Below, in pieces: positions 63,585 to 64,000 of a stretch of 64,000 bases of DNA (position 1 is its first letter; the number at the start of each line of letters is the position of its first letter). The notes under the pieces were generated by a model, which searched no databases, had not been told where the DNA came from, and worked only from the letters and a program-made list of their open reading frames with translations. Source of the stretch: Mobula hypostoma (Eukaryota); assembly GCF_963921235.1 (NCBI RefSeq), contig NC_086108.1:100318001-100382000 (forward strand), written 5' to 3'. Position numbers and translations under genes: made by a program.

Positions 63585-64000
63585 TGTAAGGGGGTTTCGA
63601 CTTTTATGTTACTGCGGAGGGTAATTAAAATGGTGTCTTTGTTATGTTAATCTGGGGAATACGGCTTTGTTGTGTTAAACACTGAGAAAGTTTGCGCTAG
63701 CAGCTTGTTTTTGTTTTAGAGTCTGATAAGAGAGTGCTATTAACCAATTAGGATAGTTGTTATGGTTTTGGTTTATTTGAAGATACTGTATGCGCGGGGT
63801 TTTGGGGCAGAAGGCAGGAGAGCGAGACAGAGGATGGACGAGGTGCTGTGAATCCGCTAACGAGGTCGGACCCCAAGCGGGACGTTCGGCGAGGAGACGG
63901 AGACAGACTCGTGTGGAGCGTCTGGTCGACCACCGTTGTTGGTCCCAGGCAGCAGGTCGAGGTGGTCCGAGGGGGTCGCAGGGTGAAGAAGAAGGTCCTT
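63585..64000 (+). mobile_element. Probable LTR (LTR retrotransposon), continues beyond the window
   Basis: Begins TGT where a CR1 3' remnant is cut off; AT-rich start, a CCAAT box, then an abruptly CpG-rich tract. The other end is not visible. Confidence 0.45.

Overview
Eukaryotic, repeat-dense window with no recognisable host protein-coding gene. The repeat inventory (V-SINE/HE1-like tRNA SINEs, abundant CR1, Rex1/Babar, RTE and Penelope-like elements, Tc1 and hAT derivatives) suggests an intron or intergenic region of a cartilaginous fish, probably a ray (inference). Every recognisable long ORF derives from a transposable element. The main signal is a Penelope-like (GIY-YIG) family whose 3' terminal repeat carries a minimal type I hammerhead ribozyme (AGUC-CUGACGA-stem II-GAAA-CG-UC-GACU). 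This end module also occurs as many short standalone copies, one with an 11-bp TSD, and as at least five inverted dimers. Other observations: several precisely bounded insertions with TSDs, Tc1-type elements with hairpin ends, a bipartite RTE derivative, a 5S rRNA relic, an inverted duplication with ~350-390-bp arms and a probable LTR running off the right edge. Repeat family names come from motif recognition only, and boundaries without TSD/TIR support are approximate.
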